64,000 bases of DNA from an uncultured Burkholderiales bacterium (GTDB taxonomy: Bacteria; Actinomycetota; Acidimicrobiia; IMCC26256; JAGPDB01), in contig CAZLQP010000002.1 of the NCBI GenBank assembly GCA_964561855.1, positions 64,475 through 128,474 of the forward strand. Reading direction: 5' to 3'. Of this stretch, positions 49,536 through 59,154 are shown piece by piece (positions within the stretch are counted from its first letter, which is position 1; every line of letters begins with the position of its first letter). Position numbers and translations under genes: made by a program. The notes under the pieces were generated by a model. That model had not been told where the DNA came from and searched no databases. It saw only the letters and a list, made by a program, of their open reading frames with translations.

Positions 49536-50468
49536 TTATCTTGAAACTGGTTCTTTTTGTGGACAATCTCTAGCCAATACTGCTCCACCATTGATTCGCA
49601 CAATTGATCTCGGATGATTTGCCCCCAAGTTGCGCGCATTTTGTGCGAAGTCAGAACCTTGAATCACCATGCCTGTTTTCCCAGTTGGGACAGTATCCCC
49701 ATCCAAGAAACGATCTACGGCATCGGTTTCACCAGAATTGAGGTGTTCAACATACTCTTCGTCTAACAGCTCTGGTCTTAGTTGTTGAAAAATATCAGCC
49801 TTTTGTTCTTCCAACTCTTCAATTTGAGTGTCAAATTCACTCTTTTGTTCCAAATATTCATCGATTCTTTGATTTCTAAGTTGATCTATATAGTCCTTGA
49901 GCTGGTCAAAGAAGCTCAAATCTGCAATTGCGACTACAAATTCTTCCATCTGAGGATCAAAAATGACTCCGTCTGGTGTTTCAGAGAGACCTTGCCCATA
50001 AATTGGCAGATACATTTCTTTCAAATTTTCGAAGGCATAGCGCAAAACAACACTATTTTTTCCGCTTGGAGTTATCCCTTCGCTAAGAGCAAAAAGTCCT
50101 TCTAATTCAGTTCTAATTGAATCTTTACTTGGGTAAAAGCGAGGTCGCAATGGTAGTAGTCCAGATTCAAGCTGATCTATAGCTTGTTGCTCAAAAAGTG
50201 AATTGTCGCCTAACCCCCATTTCAAATGGCTTTTCTTCGACAATCTGGTTTGTCGCTTCAAAGCAGCCTCGATTACGACTCTTACTTCTTTGCCAACACG
50301 GTTTTCTATACCTCGTAAAACGTAATGCAAAGCCATCGGGTTTGAAATGACATTTTGGTGGTTACCTACAACAGACATTGAGCTTTGATATTGATTGATT
50401 CTATATTTTTCGAAAAAACCTAAATTGCGATCAATATCGTCACTGATTGCGTCATTCCTAGCGCCCAT
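49536..50468 (-). CDS. Hypothetical cytoplasmic protein, 310 aa, no family recognised
   Basis: Long ORF with an AGGA RBS 6 nt upstream. Contains a coiled-coil-like acidic segment (EYLEQKSEFDTQIEELEEQKADIFQQL). Confidence 0.65.
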   Translation of the reverse strand: MGARNDAISDDIDRNLGFFEKYRINQYQSSMSVVGNHQNVISNPMALHYVLRGIENRVGKEVRVVIEAALKRQTRLSKKSHLKWGLGDNSLFEQQAIDQLESGLLPLRPRFYPSKDSIRTELEGLFALSEGITPSGKNSVVLRYAFENLKEMYLPIYGQGLSETPDGVIFDPQMEEFVVAIADLSFFDQLKDYIDQLRNQRIDEYLEQKSEFDTQIEELEEQKADIFQQLRPELLDEEYVEHLNSGETDAVDRFLDGDTVPTGKTGMVIQGSDFAQNARNLGANHPRSIVRINGGAVLARDCPQKEPVSR

Positions 50469-50508
50469 TAGTCATCCTTGAGAATTATTAGTACTTTTTG
50501 TCCTAATT

Positions 50509-50539
50509 ATTCTAGTTCACAATGGATATGCACTGTCAA
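50509..50539 (-). promoter_or_regulatory. Candidate promoter TTGACA-19 nt-TAGAAT for the 49536..50468 / 47654..49441 gene pair
   Basis: Both hexamers read on the minus strand between the rpsJ stop and the 310-aa ORF. The spacer is one to two nt longer than optimal. Confidence 0.5.
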
Positions 50540-50587
50540 GAGGTCATGACAATTAGAGCTTAATATATTAAGAAAAGTGAACCTAGT

Positions 50588-50905
50588 TTATGCAGTCTGG
50601 ATTTTAATCTCGATGTCAACACCTGCAGGAAGATCAAGGCGTTGAAGAGATTCAACAGTATTTCCTGTTGGTTCCATAATATCGATTAGTCGCTTATGAA
50701 TTCTCATCTCAAAGTGTTCACGAGCATCTTTATCTACGTGTGGAGAAGTGGTAACTGTATAACGGTGTTTTTCGGTTGGAAGAGGGATAGGTCCTACAAC
50801 TCTGGCCTTAGTTCTAACTACTGTTTCTACGATTTTTTTAGATGACTGATCGATTAATTCATGGTCATATGCTTTTAGTCGTATACGAATTTTTTGGTCT
50901 TGCAT
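50588..50905 (-). CDS. rpsJ: 30S ribosomal protein S10
   Basis: [19 protein letters not shown]... 105 aa from the ATG at 50905. The ORF-track N-extension is rejected. Confidence 0.96.
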   Translation of the reverse strand: MQDQKIRIRLKAYDHELIDQSSKKIVETVVRTKARVVGPIPLPTEKHRYTVTTSPHVDKDAREHFEMRIHKRLIDIMEPTGNTVESLQRLDLPAGVDIEIKIQTA

Positions 50906-51026
50906 TCCTATTCCCTTGTCAAACAGCGGTTTTGCTTTTGTATCACAAAATAACAGAGGAAATACTAGTTCAAATATCATGCTTAAAACAAATGCAAGAC
51001 ATTTACCGATTCTATAAGATGTCTAA

Positions 51027-51506
51027 ATGTCCAGATATGAGAAAATCGCCTTTGTTTGCTTAGGTAATATCTGCCGCTCCCCAACTGCAGAGGCAATTAT
51101 GAAAGATATTTTGAAGAGAGAAGATTTAGACGGGATCAGTGTCTCATCTTATGGAACATCCTCATGGCATGAAGGTGACAGTGCTGATCCTCGGGCAATA
51201 GCCGAAGGTAAAAGACGCGGAGTCGAGATCGATTCGATTGCTAGCCCCCTGACTGCCGATATTGCTTTGAGCCTCGATCTTATTTTGGTGATGGATAAAT
51301 CTAACTATAAAAATGTATTAAAACTCTTGCCAGAAAACATGCACGACAAAGTTAAATTTCTCGGAAGTTTTGAGCCTGGAGCTAAAACTGATGCTGAAAT
51401 TTCAGACACTTATTATGGAGATTCCCAAGGATTTGCCAAAGGTTTTGAACACATCTCTCGCTGTTGTGAAGGCTTGTATGTCTATCTAGCAAAATTCAAC
51501 TCATAA
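51027..51506 (+). CDS. Low-molecular-weight protein tyrosine phosphatase / ArsC-like fold
   Basis: 159 aa. CLGNICRS (CX5R-S) P-loop, with a DP motif downstream. Confidence 0.85.
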   Translation: MSRYEKIAFVCLGNICRSPTAEAIMKDILKREDLDGISVSSYGTSSWHEGDSADPRAIAEGKRRGVEIDSIASPLTADIALSLDLILVMDKSNYKNVLKLLPENMHDKVKFLGSFEPGAKTDAEISDTYYGDSQGFAKGFEHISRCCEGLYVYLAKFNS

Positions 51507-51545
51507 CCTGCATTCATAATATGAAACTTAAGAATTGTCTTGAGC

Positions 51546-53915
51546 CTATGCGCTCTCAACACTTTTAAGAGTAGATCCTTTGATCATTGATAATGGAACG
51601 TCCGAAGCCTTTATTGCTTGAGAATACAAATATCCTTGTGCTTGGGTACAACCCAGATCACGCAACGTATCTCGAATTTCACTACTTTGCACACCTTCTG
51701 CAGTAACTACTAATCCCATCGATTTTCCAAGTGCAATTAATGCATTTACTATCGCTGTATCGTTCTCATCATGACCATAACCGCGAATGAACGAACCATC
51801 AATTTTAAATCCTGCAATAGGGAACTTTTTCAGATAAGACAATGAAGAATAACCTGTTCCAAAATCATCGATAACAACAGCAAAACCATGTGACTTTAAT
51901 TCGTTCAAAAGCGACATTACTCCGCGCGCATCTCCGAGTAGCGCAGATTCTGTCATTTCAAAAATTATTCTTGAAGGTGCAATCTGATACTTCGCACAGT
52001 AACTCATGATATCAAGCATAAATCTCGGATGACTAAGTTGACGTTGTGAGATGTTGATATTGATACTCATAGAATTAACACCATGGGTTCGATCCCAATT
52101 TGAAAGTTGTTTCAAACTTTCTCTAATTATTGCATCACCTAGATCAATTATTAAACCATTGTCTTCAGCAACGGGGATGAACTCATCAGGAGAGATGTAA
52201 CCATGCTCATGATGATTCCATCTAGCTAAAGCTTCGAATGCAACTGTTTTATTTGTTTCTAAATCAATAATTGGCTGGAAGAAAGTTTCGATTTCGCTTC
52301 TAGCAATAGCTTTATGCAAATCACTCAACGACCATATTGAGATGTCTCGCGCAGGCTTTAGGGATTCAGATGCATACTCAATTCTGTTACGTCCAAGTTC
52401 CTTTGCCCGATACATTGCAGCATCTGCATTTCTAAGTAATTCTTGAGGTTCAGCATTTGCTTCTGTATCACTCATTGCAATACCGATCGAACAAGTCAGA
52501 TACATTTCATTTCCAAAAACATCTATTGGCTTTATAACTTCATCCAAAACTCGCATTGCTAAATCAAAAGTGACATCTCGTTGAGCAGGTGGTGAAACCA
52601 AAATCGCAAACTCGTCTCCTCCTAATCGACAAACGAGCCCTTGGTCACCCACGACACCAGATATTCGATGAGCGATTGTCTTAATCACTAAGTCACCGCT
52701 TTCGTGTCCAAAGGTATCGTTAAGTTCTTTGAATCGATCTAAATCGATAAACATCACCGCCAATGAATCATCTTCATCGATTTGATCTAATTCACTTTCT
52801 AGAGACTCAATAAAATACGATCTATTGACCAAATCAGTGAGTGTATCGTGAGTTGCGAGTTCTTGATATTTTTCTTCGCTTTTCGAGATTTCAATAATCG
52901 AATTATGTTGAGATTCAACCAACTTCTTGTTGTCAAAGAAACCGACAATTTGTGTCACCAAAATAGCTGCAAACACCATCAGAAAACTGTATAAAACTAC
53001 ACTAGGGACTTCTTCAACACGAGATACTGTAGTAAATGCTATCCCCAATATCGCGGCGATCATAATATATGCAACTACAGCTAATTTGATTTCACTCTTA
53101 TGATTGGGTTGATGCTTTGGAATGCCATCTGCAGTTGTCGTACCGTGTACCCAAAACAATAGTGCAGTAAAAATCAAAATCCTCTGTATCGGTCTACCTA
53201 CCGATTCATCTTGAAATCTTCCAGCTACATAAAGAATGTCTGCTGTGGCATTACTAAACAAACCAAGCATGATGTAGAAGATAGATTTATCTATTTGACG
53301 ATACAAAATAAGCGCAATACCTACTGAGATAATGATGATATCGAAAGTAAATGTCGCAAAATCAATTAGATGATTTTCAAACAAGCTTTCTTTATTCGGC
53401 GCAACGAACAAAGAGATGTAGACAACACCCACGAAGGCTACACACGCACCAAAAGTTATGGAATGAACAAGTAGTTGAATCTTCTCTCTTTTTGGAAGAC
53501 CATAAAACCCAAGCATCAATATTCCGACCACAACAGTTGGAATAGCCATCAGAATGAAGTAGTCCGCGAGATTCGGGCTGATATGAGGATTACCTGAAGT
53601 AATCGGATGGATGATCATTACAAGCTGGCCTGGTATCCACAAAAGTGCAGCAATCATAATGAGTTTCCAAGCAAGCAACCTTGTTTTCTTTACTTTGTCT
53701 GCAACATGTACAATAAAGATTAAGTAAAATGCGAGCTTGACTGCTTCAAAAAATGAAACTCCAAAAATTGCACGGCTATCTGGAATCAGAAACATGGTCG
53801 AATAAAAAACCACTGCTGCAACATATCCAATAAGTAAAATACTAAAATAAGTTTTCTTTTGAACTGAGATGACTCGAACCACTATCTTGTTGAGAGCAGC
53901 ACTAATAGATTCCAT
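51546..53915 (-). CDS. Polytopic membrane sensor with GGDEF and EAL domains (c-di-GMP turnover)
   Basis: 789 aa. About 9-10 N-terminal TM helices. RLGGDEFAIL, EALARW and DDFGTGYSSL motifs. Confidence 0.88.
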   Translation of the reverse strand: MESISAALNKIVVRVISVQKKTYFSILLIGYVAAVVFYSTMFLIPDSRAIFGVSFFEAVKLAFYLIFIVHVADKVKKTRLLAWKLIMIAALLWIPGQLVMIIHPITSGNPHISPNLADYFILMAIPTVVVGILMLGFYGLPKREKIQLLVHSITFGACVAFVGVVYISLFVAPNKESLFENHLIDFATFTFDIIIISVGIALILYRQIDKSIFYIMLGLFSNATADILYVAGRFQDESVGRPIQRILIFTALLFWVHGTTTADGIPKHQPNHKSEIKLAVVAYIMIAAILGIAFTTVSRVEEVPSVVLYSFLMVFAAILVTQIVGFFDNKKLVESQHNSIIEISKSEEKYQELATHDTLTDLVNRSYFIESLESELDQIDEDDSLAVMFIDLDRFKELNDTFGHESGDLVIKTIAHRISGVVGDQGLVCRLGGDEFAILVSPPAQRDVTFDLAMRVLDEVIKPIDVFGNEMYLTCSIGIAMSDTEANAEPQELLRNADAAMYRAKELGRNRIEYASESLKPARDISIWSLSDLHKAIARSEIETFFQPIIDLETNKTVAFEALARWNHHEHGYISPDEFIPVAEDNGLIIDLGDAIIRESLKQLSNWDRTHGVNSMSININISQRQLSHPRFMLDIMSYCAKYQIAPSRIIFEMTESALLGDARGVMSLLNELKSHGFAVVIDDFGTGYSSLSYLKKFPIAGFKIDGSFIRGYGHDENDTAIVNALIALGKSMGLVVTAEGVQSSEIRDTLRDLGCTQAQGYLYSQAIKASDVPLSMIKGSTLKSVESA

Positions 53916-54035
53916 GCTTTACATTCGGCAAATTCAAAGCGGATATAGAGCAAAATATCGATAAATAATAGTGACGAATAAAGTATTCGCAAAACTGCGC
54001 ATAATTCGCCTCTATGCATGTAGGTTTAGAATTGT

Positions 54036-54506
54036 TTAGCTAATTTTACTTAGAATGTCCTTGTCGGAACACGCTTTTTTGAAAGCAATTAATCTTCTAT
54101 CGATGTCCCTTTGTAAAATTTTTGAGCCGAAATATTCCATTAAAGGTTTTAGCAGTTTTGGTTTGCAAACAAAATTGTAACGCCAGGTAACTAGAACTCT
54201 TCCTTCATCTGTATCTACAAAGTTCCATCCGCCGGAAAATGATTTGAAGAACCAAGGACCTTTAACCATTTTCATACCAACATGATTTGGAGGATTATAA
54301 GTAATATATTCCGAAATCATCTCGAGACCGTGTTTAGATTTCGTTTGGGTTCTAACACCCTTATCAGCTTTTGTTGCTCCATCTAAAAGATGTTGTTCTT
54401 TAACAAATGGATCCCACTTGTATCTGATTTTGCCATAGGTTTGTGAAAGCTTAAAAGCTGTTTGAATATCTAGATCTATTTCTACTTGTGACTGAACTCT
54501 GGGCAT
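54036..54506 (-). CDS. SRPBCC (polyketide cyclase/START-like) family protein
   Basis: 156 aa. The fold assignment rests on the length and a general sequence pattern only. Confidence 0.55.
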   Translation of the reverse strand: MPRVQSQVEIDLDIQTAFKLSQTYGKIRYKWDPFVKEQHLLDGATKADKGVRTQTKSKHGLEMISEYITYNPPNHVGMKMVKGPWFFKSFSGGWNFVDTDEGRVLVTWRYNFVCKPKLLKPLMEYFGSKILQRDIDRRLIAFKKACSDKDILSKIS

Positions 54507-54529
54507 ACATTCAATCTAGTTATTGGGTA

Positions 54530-54555
54530 CAAAAAAAGGACCTCATTGAGGTCCT
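54530..54555 (-). terminator. tuf intrinsic terminator (AGGACCTC-att-GAGGTCCT, then TTTTTTTG on the minus strand)
   Basis: 8-bp stem at 54537-54555, with a 7-A run on the plus strand at 54531-54537. Confidence 0.85.
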
Positions 54556-54577
54556 TTTCTCAAGTTTATTGCTTAAA

Positions 54578-55768
54578 TTACTTTGTAATTTTTGCTACAA
54601 CTCCAGCACCTACAGTTCGGCCACCTTCACGGATAGCAAAACGTAGTCCTTCTTCCATAGCAATTGGCTTTTGCAATTCAACTTCCATTGCTACATTGTC
54701 GCCAGGCATAACCATTTCAGTTCCTTCTGGAAGCTTGATTGAACCTGTCACGTCAGTTGTACGGAAGTAGAACTGTGGTCGGTAGTTTGCGAAGAATGGG
54801 GAGTGTCGTCCACCTTCTTCTTTTGAAAGAATATAAACTTCGCAAGTGAAGTCTGTATGAGGTGTAGTTGTACCTGGAGCTGCAAGTACTTGTCCACGCT
54901 CAACTTCTTCTTTCTTAGTGCCACGTAGAAGACAACCAACGTTTTCCCCAGCGCGACCTTCATCTAGAAGCTTGCGGAACATTTCAACACCGGTCACAAC
55001 AGTCTTCGTTGTTGGATTTAGACCAACGATTTCAACTTCTTCGTTAACCTTAACGATTCCTCTTTCAACACGTCCTGTAACAACAGTTCCACGACCTGTA
55101 ATTGAGAACACGTCCTCAATAGGCATCAAGAATGGCTTGTCTTCGTCACGGTCTGGTTCTGGAATGAATTCATCAACTGCATTCATTAATTCCATAACCT
55201 TGTCTTGCCAGTCAGAGTCGCCTTCAAGTGCTTTAAGAGCAGAAACACGAACGATTGGAGTGTCATCGCCTGGGAATTCATATTGTGTTAGCAATTCACG
55301 AATTTCCATCTCAACAAGTTCAAGAAGTTCTTCATCATCAACCATGTCTGATTTGTTAAGAGCAACAACGATTGAAGGAACACCAACCTGGCGTGCAAGA
55401 AGAATGTGCTCACGTGTTTGAGTCATAGGACCGTCAGTTGCAGCAACTACAAGAATTGCTCCATCCATCTGAGCAGCACCTGTGATCATGTTCTTTACAT
55501 AGTCTGCGTGACCTGGGCAGTCAACGTGTGCATAGTGACGCTTCTCTGTTTCATATTCAACGTGAGTAACGCTGATGGTAATACCACGATCGCGCTCTTC
55601 TGGAGCGTTGTCGATGTTTGCGAAATCAGTAAAAGTATTGTTTCCACCAATCTTGTCTGACAGGGTCTTTGTGATTGCTGCAGTCAGAGTTGTCTTTCCA
55701 TGGTCAACGTGACCGATTGTACCAACATTCAAGTGTGGCTTACTGCGCTCAAATTTTTCTTTAGCCAT
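54578..55768 (-). CDS. tuf: Elongation factor Tu
   Basis: [27 protein letters not shown] from the ATG at 55768. Confidence 0.98.
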   Translation of the reverse strand: MAKEKFERSKPHLNVGTIGHVDHGKTTLTAAITKTLSDKIGGNNTFTDFANIDNAPEERDRGITISVTHVEYETEKRHYAHVDCPGHADYVKNMITGAAQMDGAILVVAATDGPMTQTREHILLARQVGVPSIVVALNKSDMVDDEELLELVEMEIRELLTQYEFPGDDTPIVRVSALKALEGDSDWQDKVMELMNAVDEFIPEPDRDEDKPFLMPIEDVFSITGRGTVVTGRVERGIVKVNEEVEIVGLNPTTKTVVTGVEMFRKLLDEGRAGENVGCLLRGTKKEEVERGQVLAAPGTTTPHTDFTCEVYILSKEEGGRHSPFFANYRPQFYFRTTDVTGSIKLPEGTEMVMPGDNVAMEVELQKPIAMEEGLRFAIREGGRTVGAGVVAKITK

Positions 55769-55903
55769 TGATGGCAACCTTTCTTTTTACTTTCAAGGAT
55801 CTATTGGACATACATTTTATATCCGCGGACAGAAACTTTAGCCTATCACAAGCCATAATGTGAACTTGTGCTCCAAGGCTGCATTTTATACCGTTTATAT
55901 AGT

Positions 55904-56407
55904 CTATTTCCCCAGCTGATCTAAAGCATATTGTGGGATAAGTTTTCGCCACTCTTTTGGTTCGAATCTATATCCACGGCGACCCAATATCGATTTATCG
56001 AAGTGACGGATTTTGATCAATTCAAAACTGCCGAGATTTACATTTGAAAATTCTGATCCAGTTCTAGCATTCCAATCGTAGGATTCAATTTTTGCAGAAA
56101 ATAATACCTCTCGAGAATGCTTATGCAAACGAGACACGCTCAAGAACGAGCCAACTTCAATACCGGTAGCAGCTAGCTCTTCAATAAGTTCACGCTGCAA
56201 TGCTTTTTTGAGAGTCATTTCAAGGTTCTTTTGGCCATTATGAATTACAAGGTCGGATTTTTCGATCCGACCGCCGGGACAAATCAAAAACGATTTTGAG
56301 TGGCCAAAATGTGTCCTTCGGATAAATAGGTAATCATCGTTGCACTTCACAAGCCCACGGACTTTAATTCTTGCTATTGGCATTTTTGAAATATGCGGTA
56401 TTTCCAT
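55904..56407 (-). CDS. Nudix-fold protein with an atypical, insert-containing Nudix box (paralog 2)
   Basis: 167 aa. CPGGRIEKSD ... LQRELIEELAATG. Roughly 40-45% identical by eye to 56439..56936. Confidence 0.65.
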   Translation of the reverse strand: MEIPHISKMPIARIKVRGLVKCNDDYLFIRRTHFGHSKSFLICPGGRIEKSDLVIHNGQKNLEMTLKKALQRELIEELAATGIEVGSFLSVSRLHKHSREVLFSAKIESYDWNARTGSEFSNVNLGSFELIKIRHFDKSILGRRGYRFEPKEWRKLIPQYALDQLGK

Positions 56408-56438
56408 AGCATGAAAGTATCACACAAGTGAGGAGTTT

Positions 56439-56936
56439 CTACAAACTGAATTGACTTTGACGGTTGAGAATAAGCTTCTTCCATTTTCTGGGTTTTAGTC
56501 GATAACCCTTGGAGCCGAGTAATTTCTTGTCGAGGCTCTCAACTTCTACCAATTCATATGTGCCTTTGTGTTCCTGAGAGAATTCTTTTCCAGTTTTGTT
56601 TTCCCAATCAATTGAAGCAACGTCGACATGATATAGAACTTCGATTGAACCCCGCTTAGATTTTCTGACATCCAATAAATCACCTACCACAATTTCTCGC
56701 GCAGCTAATTCCTCTTGAAGTTCTCTTCTTAAGGCTTCCTTTAAAGTCTTACCGATGTTTTTCTTATCGCCTTTTATACGATCAGATTTTCTTAAACGAC
56801 CACCAGGAAATACTGTGTAGTGTTTTTTCTTTTCAGGTCGTGTGCGTTTTATAAAGATGTACTTATTACCGCAATGCACAAAACCGCGCACGGCGATCGA
56901 CTTAATCGGAGTCGTATCGAGCTCTTCAATTTCCAC
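56439..56936 (-). CDS. Nudix-fold protein with an atypical, insert-containing Nudix box (paralog 1)
   Basis: 165 aa. FPGGRLRKSD ... LRRELQEELAARE. GTG start. Confidence 0.65.
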   Translation of the reverse strand: MEIEELDTTPIKSIAVRGFVHCGNKYIFIKRTRPEKKKHYTVFPGGRLRKSDRIKGDKKNIGKTLKEALRRELQEELAAREIVVGDLLDVRKSKRGSIEVLYHVDVASIDWENKTGKEFSQEHKGTYELVEVESLDKKLLGSKGYRLKPRKWKKLILNRQSQFSL

Positions 56937-56949
56937 CCCACCATTTTAT

Positions 56950-57028
56950 CGGGGGACTGACCCTCCATAATGCTCAAAAGGGACACATTATGTGTCCCTT
57001 TTGAGCATTATGGAGGGTCAGTCCCCCG
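56950..57028. repeat. GC-rich palindromic intergenic repeat, longest copy (79-nt perfect palindrome) just after the fusA stop
   Basis: cgggggactgaccctccataatgctcaaaagggacaca t tgtgtcccttttgagcattatggagggtcagtcccccg. Symmetry checked base by base about 56989. Confidence 0.9.
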
Positions 57029-57035
57029 GGTAGAG

Positions 57036-59120
57036 TTATTCGCCTTTTACTTTGGCAACGATTTCTTCTGCAATTGCACCAGGCACTTGTTCATAATTAT
57101 GGAACTGCATTGAATATGCTGCTCGACCTTGTGTCTTAGAACGAAGGTCATTTACATAACCGAACATGTTCGCTAGAGGAACTTTAGCTTTAATAACTTG
57201 AGAGTTACCTCGTTGTTCCATTCCTTCAACTTGTCCACGACGAGAGTTGATATCTCCAATCACATCACCCATGTAATCTTCTGGAGTTGTAACTTCCACA
57301 CTCATCACTGGCTCAAGCAAAACAGGTTTTGCTTTACGAGCAGCTTCTTTGAAGCCCATAAGTCCTGCAATACGGAAAGCCATTTCAGAAGAGTCAACAT
57401 CGTGGTAAGAACCATAAGTCAAATCTACTTTGACGTCTACCATTGGATAACCAGCCAATACACCAGTCTCCATTGCATCGATAATACCTTTTTCAACTGC
57501 TGGAATGTACTCGCGAGGAATAACACCACCGGTGATTGAGTTAACGAATTCAAATCCGCCGCCAGGACCAGAGGGCTCAACTGTAATAACAACATCAGCA
57601 TATTGTCCAGAACCACCAGATTGTTTAACGTGCTTGTATTGAACCTTCTCAACTTTTTGCGAAATAGTTTCACGATAAGCAACTTGAGGTTTACCAACGT
57701 TTGCATCAACATTGAATTCACGCTTCATTCGATCAACCAAAACTTCAAGGTGAAGCTCGCCCATACCGCGAATGATTGTCTGTCCTGTTTCTTCGTCAGT
57801 GTTGACCTTAAATGTTGGGTCTTCTTCCGAAAGCGAAGCTAGAGCTTTTGCAAGCTTGTCTTGATCGTTCTTTGTTTTAGGTTCGATTGCAACACTGATC
57901 ACAGGTTCTGGAAATTCCATATTTTCCAAGATGATCGGATTTGATTTGTCGCAAAGAGTATCACCAGTTGTTGTTTGCTTGAATCCAAGTCCAGCAACAA
58001 TGTCACCTGCGTATGCAACTTCAATATCTTCACGATCATTTGCATGCATACGAAGAAGTCGACCAATTCGTTCCTTCTTATCACGAGTCGAATTGTAAAG
58101 ATCTTGACCCTTTTCAATCTTTCCAGAATAAATACGGAAGTAAGTAAGTTTTCCATAAGGATCCGCTACAACCTTAAATGCAAGTGCAGAAAATGGTTCG
58201 TTGTCGTCTGCATGGCGCTCATCTGGAGTTTCGCCGTCCATTTTTGTTCCGTTAATTGAAGCAATATCTAACGGTGATGGAAGGTAATCTACAACAGCAT
58301 TAAGCATTGGCTGAACACCTTTGTTCTTAAATGCTGAACCACAAAGCACAGGAACAAATTCACCAGCGATTGTTCCCTTTCGAATTGCTCTCTTTAGTTC
58401 TGCTTCGGTGATCTCTTCATCGTTGAGGTATTTCTCCATGATCTCATCATCAGTAGCAGTTACAGAATCCAAAAGCAAGTGCCGGTATTCATCAGCTTGC
58501 GCTTTTAGTTCTGGACGAATCTCGCAAACTTCAAACTCTTGACCTTCACTTGGATCGTCTAGCGCCCATTTAACTTCTTTCATCTGAACAAGATCAACGA
58601 TTCCTTCAAAAATATCTTCTGATCCAATTGGTAAATGAAGTACTGCAGTAGTTGCACCAAGTCGTTCTTGAATCATTCCTAAACACATGAAGAAGTCTGC
58701 ACCCGTTCGGTCCATCTTGTTCACGAAACACATTCTTGGAACACCATATTTATCAGCTTGACGCCAAACAGTTTCTGATTGAGGTTCTACACCTGCAACA
58801 CCATCGAAAACTGCAACTGCACCATCGAGCACACGAAGTGAACGCTCAACTTCAACAGTGAAGTCAACGTGACCCGGTGTGTCAATAATTTGGATCATGT
58901 GGTCGTTCCACATACATGTTGTAGCAGCAGATGTAATGGTAATACCACGCTCTTGCTCTTGAGCCATGTGGTCCATCACTGCTCCACCTTCATGTACTTC
59001 ACCGATTTTGTATGTACGTCCGGTGTAATACAAGATACGTTCAGTAGTTGTTGTTTTACCGGCGTCGATGTGAGCCATGATTCCGATGTTGCGAACTTTT
59101 TCTAATGGGTGACGTGCCAT
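57036..59120 (-). CDS. fusA: Elongation factor G
   Basis: 694 aa. [20 protein letters not shown]. Confidence 0.98.
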   Translation of the reverse strand: MARHPLEKVRNIGIMAHIDAGKTTTTERILYYTGRTYKIGEVHEGGAVMDHMAQEQERGITITSAATTCMWNDHMIQIIDTPGHVDFTVEVERSLRVLDGAVAVFDGVAGVEPQSETVWRQADKYGVPRMCFVNKMDRTGADFFMCLGMIQERLGATTAVLHLPIGSEDIFEGIVDLVQMKEVKWALDDPSEGQEFEVCEIRPELKAQADEYRHLLLDSVTATDDEIMEKYLNDEEITEAELKRAIRKGTIAGEFVPVLCGSAFKNKGVQPMLNAVVDYLPSPLDIASINGTKMDGETPDERHADDNEPFSALAFKVVADPYGKLTYFRIYSGKIEKGQDLYNSTRDKKERIGRLLRMHANDREDIEVAYAGDIVAGLGFKQTTTGDTLCDKSNPIILENMEFPEPVISVAIEPKTKNDQDKLAKALASLSEEDPTFKVNTDEETGQTIIRGMGELHLEVLVDRMKREFNVDANVGKPQVAYRETISQKVEKVQYKHVKQSGGSGQYADVVITVEPSGPGGGFEFVNSITGGVIPREYIPAVEKGIIDAMETGVLAGYPMVDVKVDLTYGSYHDVDSSEMAFRIAGLMGFKEAARKAKPVLLEPVMSVEVTTPEDYMGDVIGDINSRRGQVEGMEQRGNSQVIKAKVPLANMFGYVNDLRSKTQGRAAYSMQFHNYEQVPGAIAEEIVAKVKGE

Positions 59121-59154
59121 TTTTTTCTTTCTTTCGTTTTTTAAATATCTTAGA

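Noticed and set aside
47326-50587. Whether the insertion between rpsJ and rplC, and the other operon insertions, is a recognisable mobile element or prophage remnant.
   Set aside because: I could not find a transposase, integrase, recombinase, terminal inverted repeats or flanking direct repeats by eye. They are reported only as accessory insertions of unknown origin.
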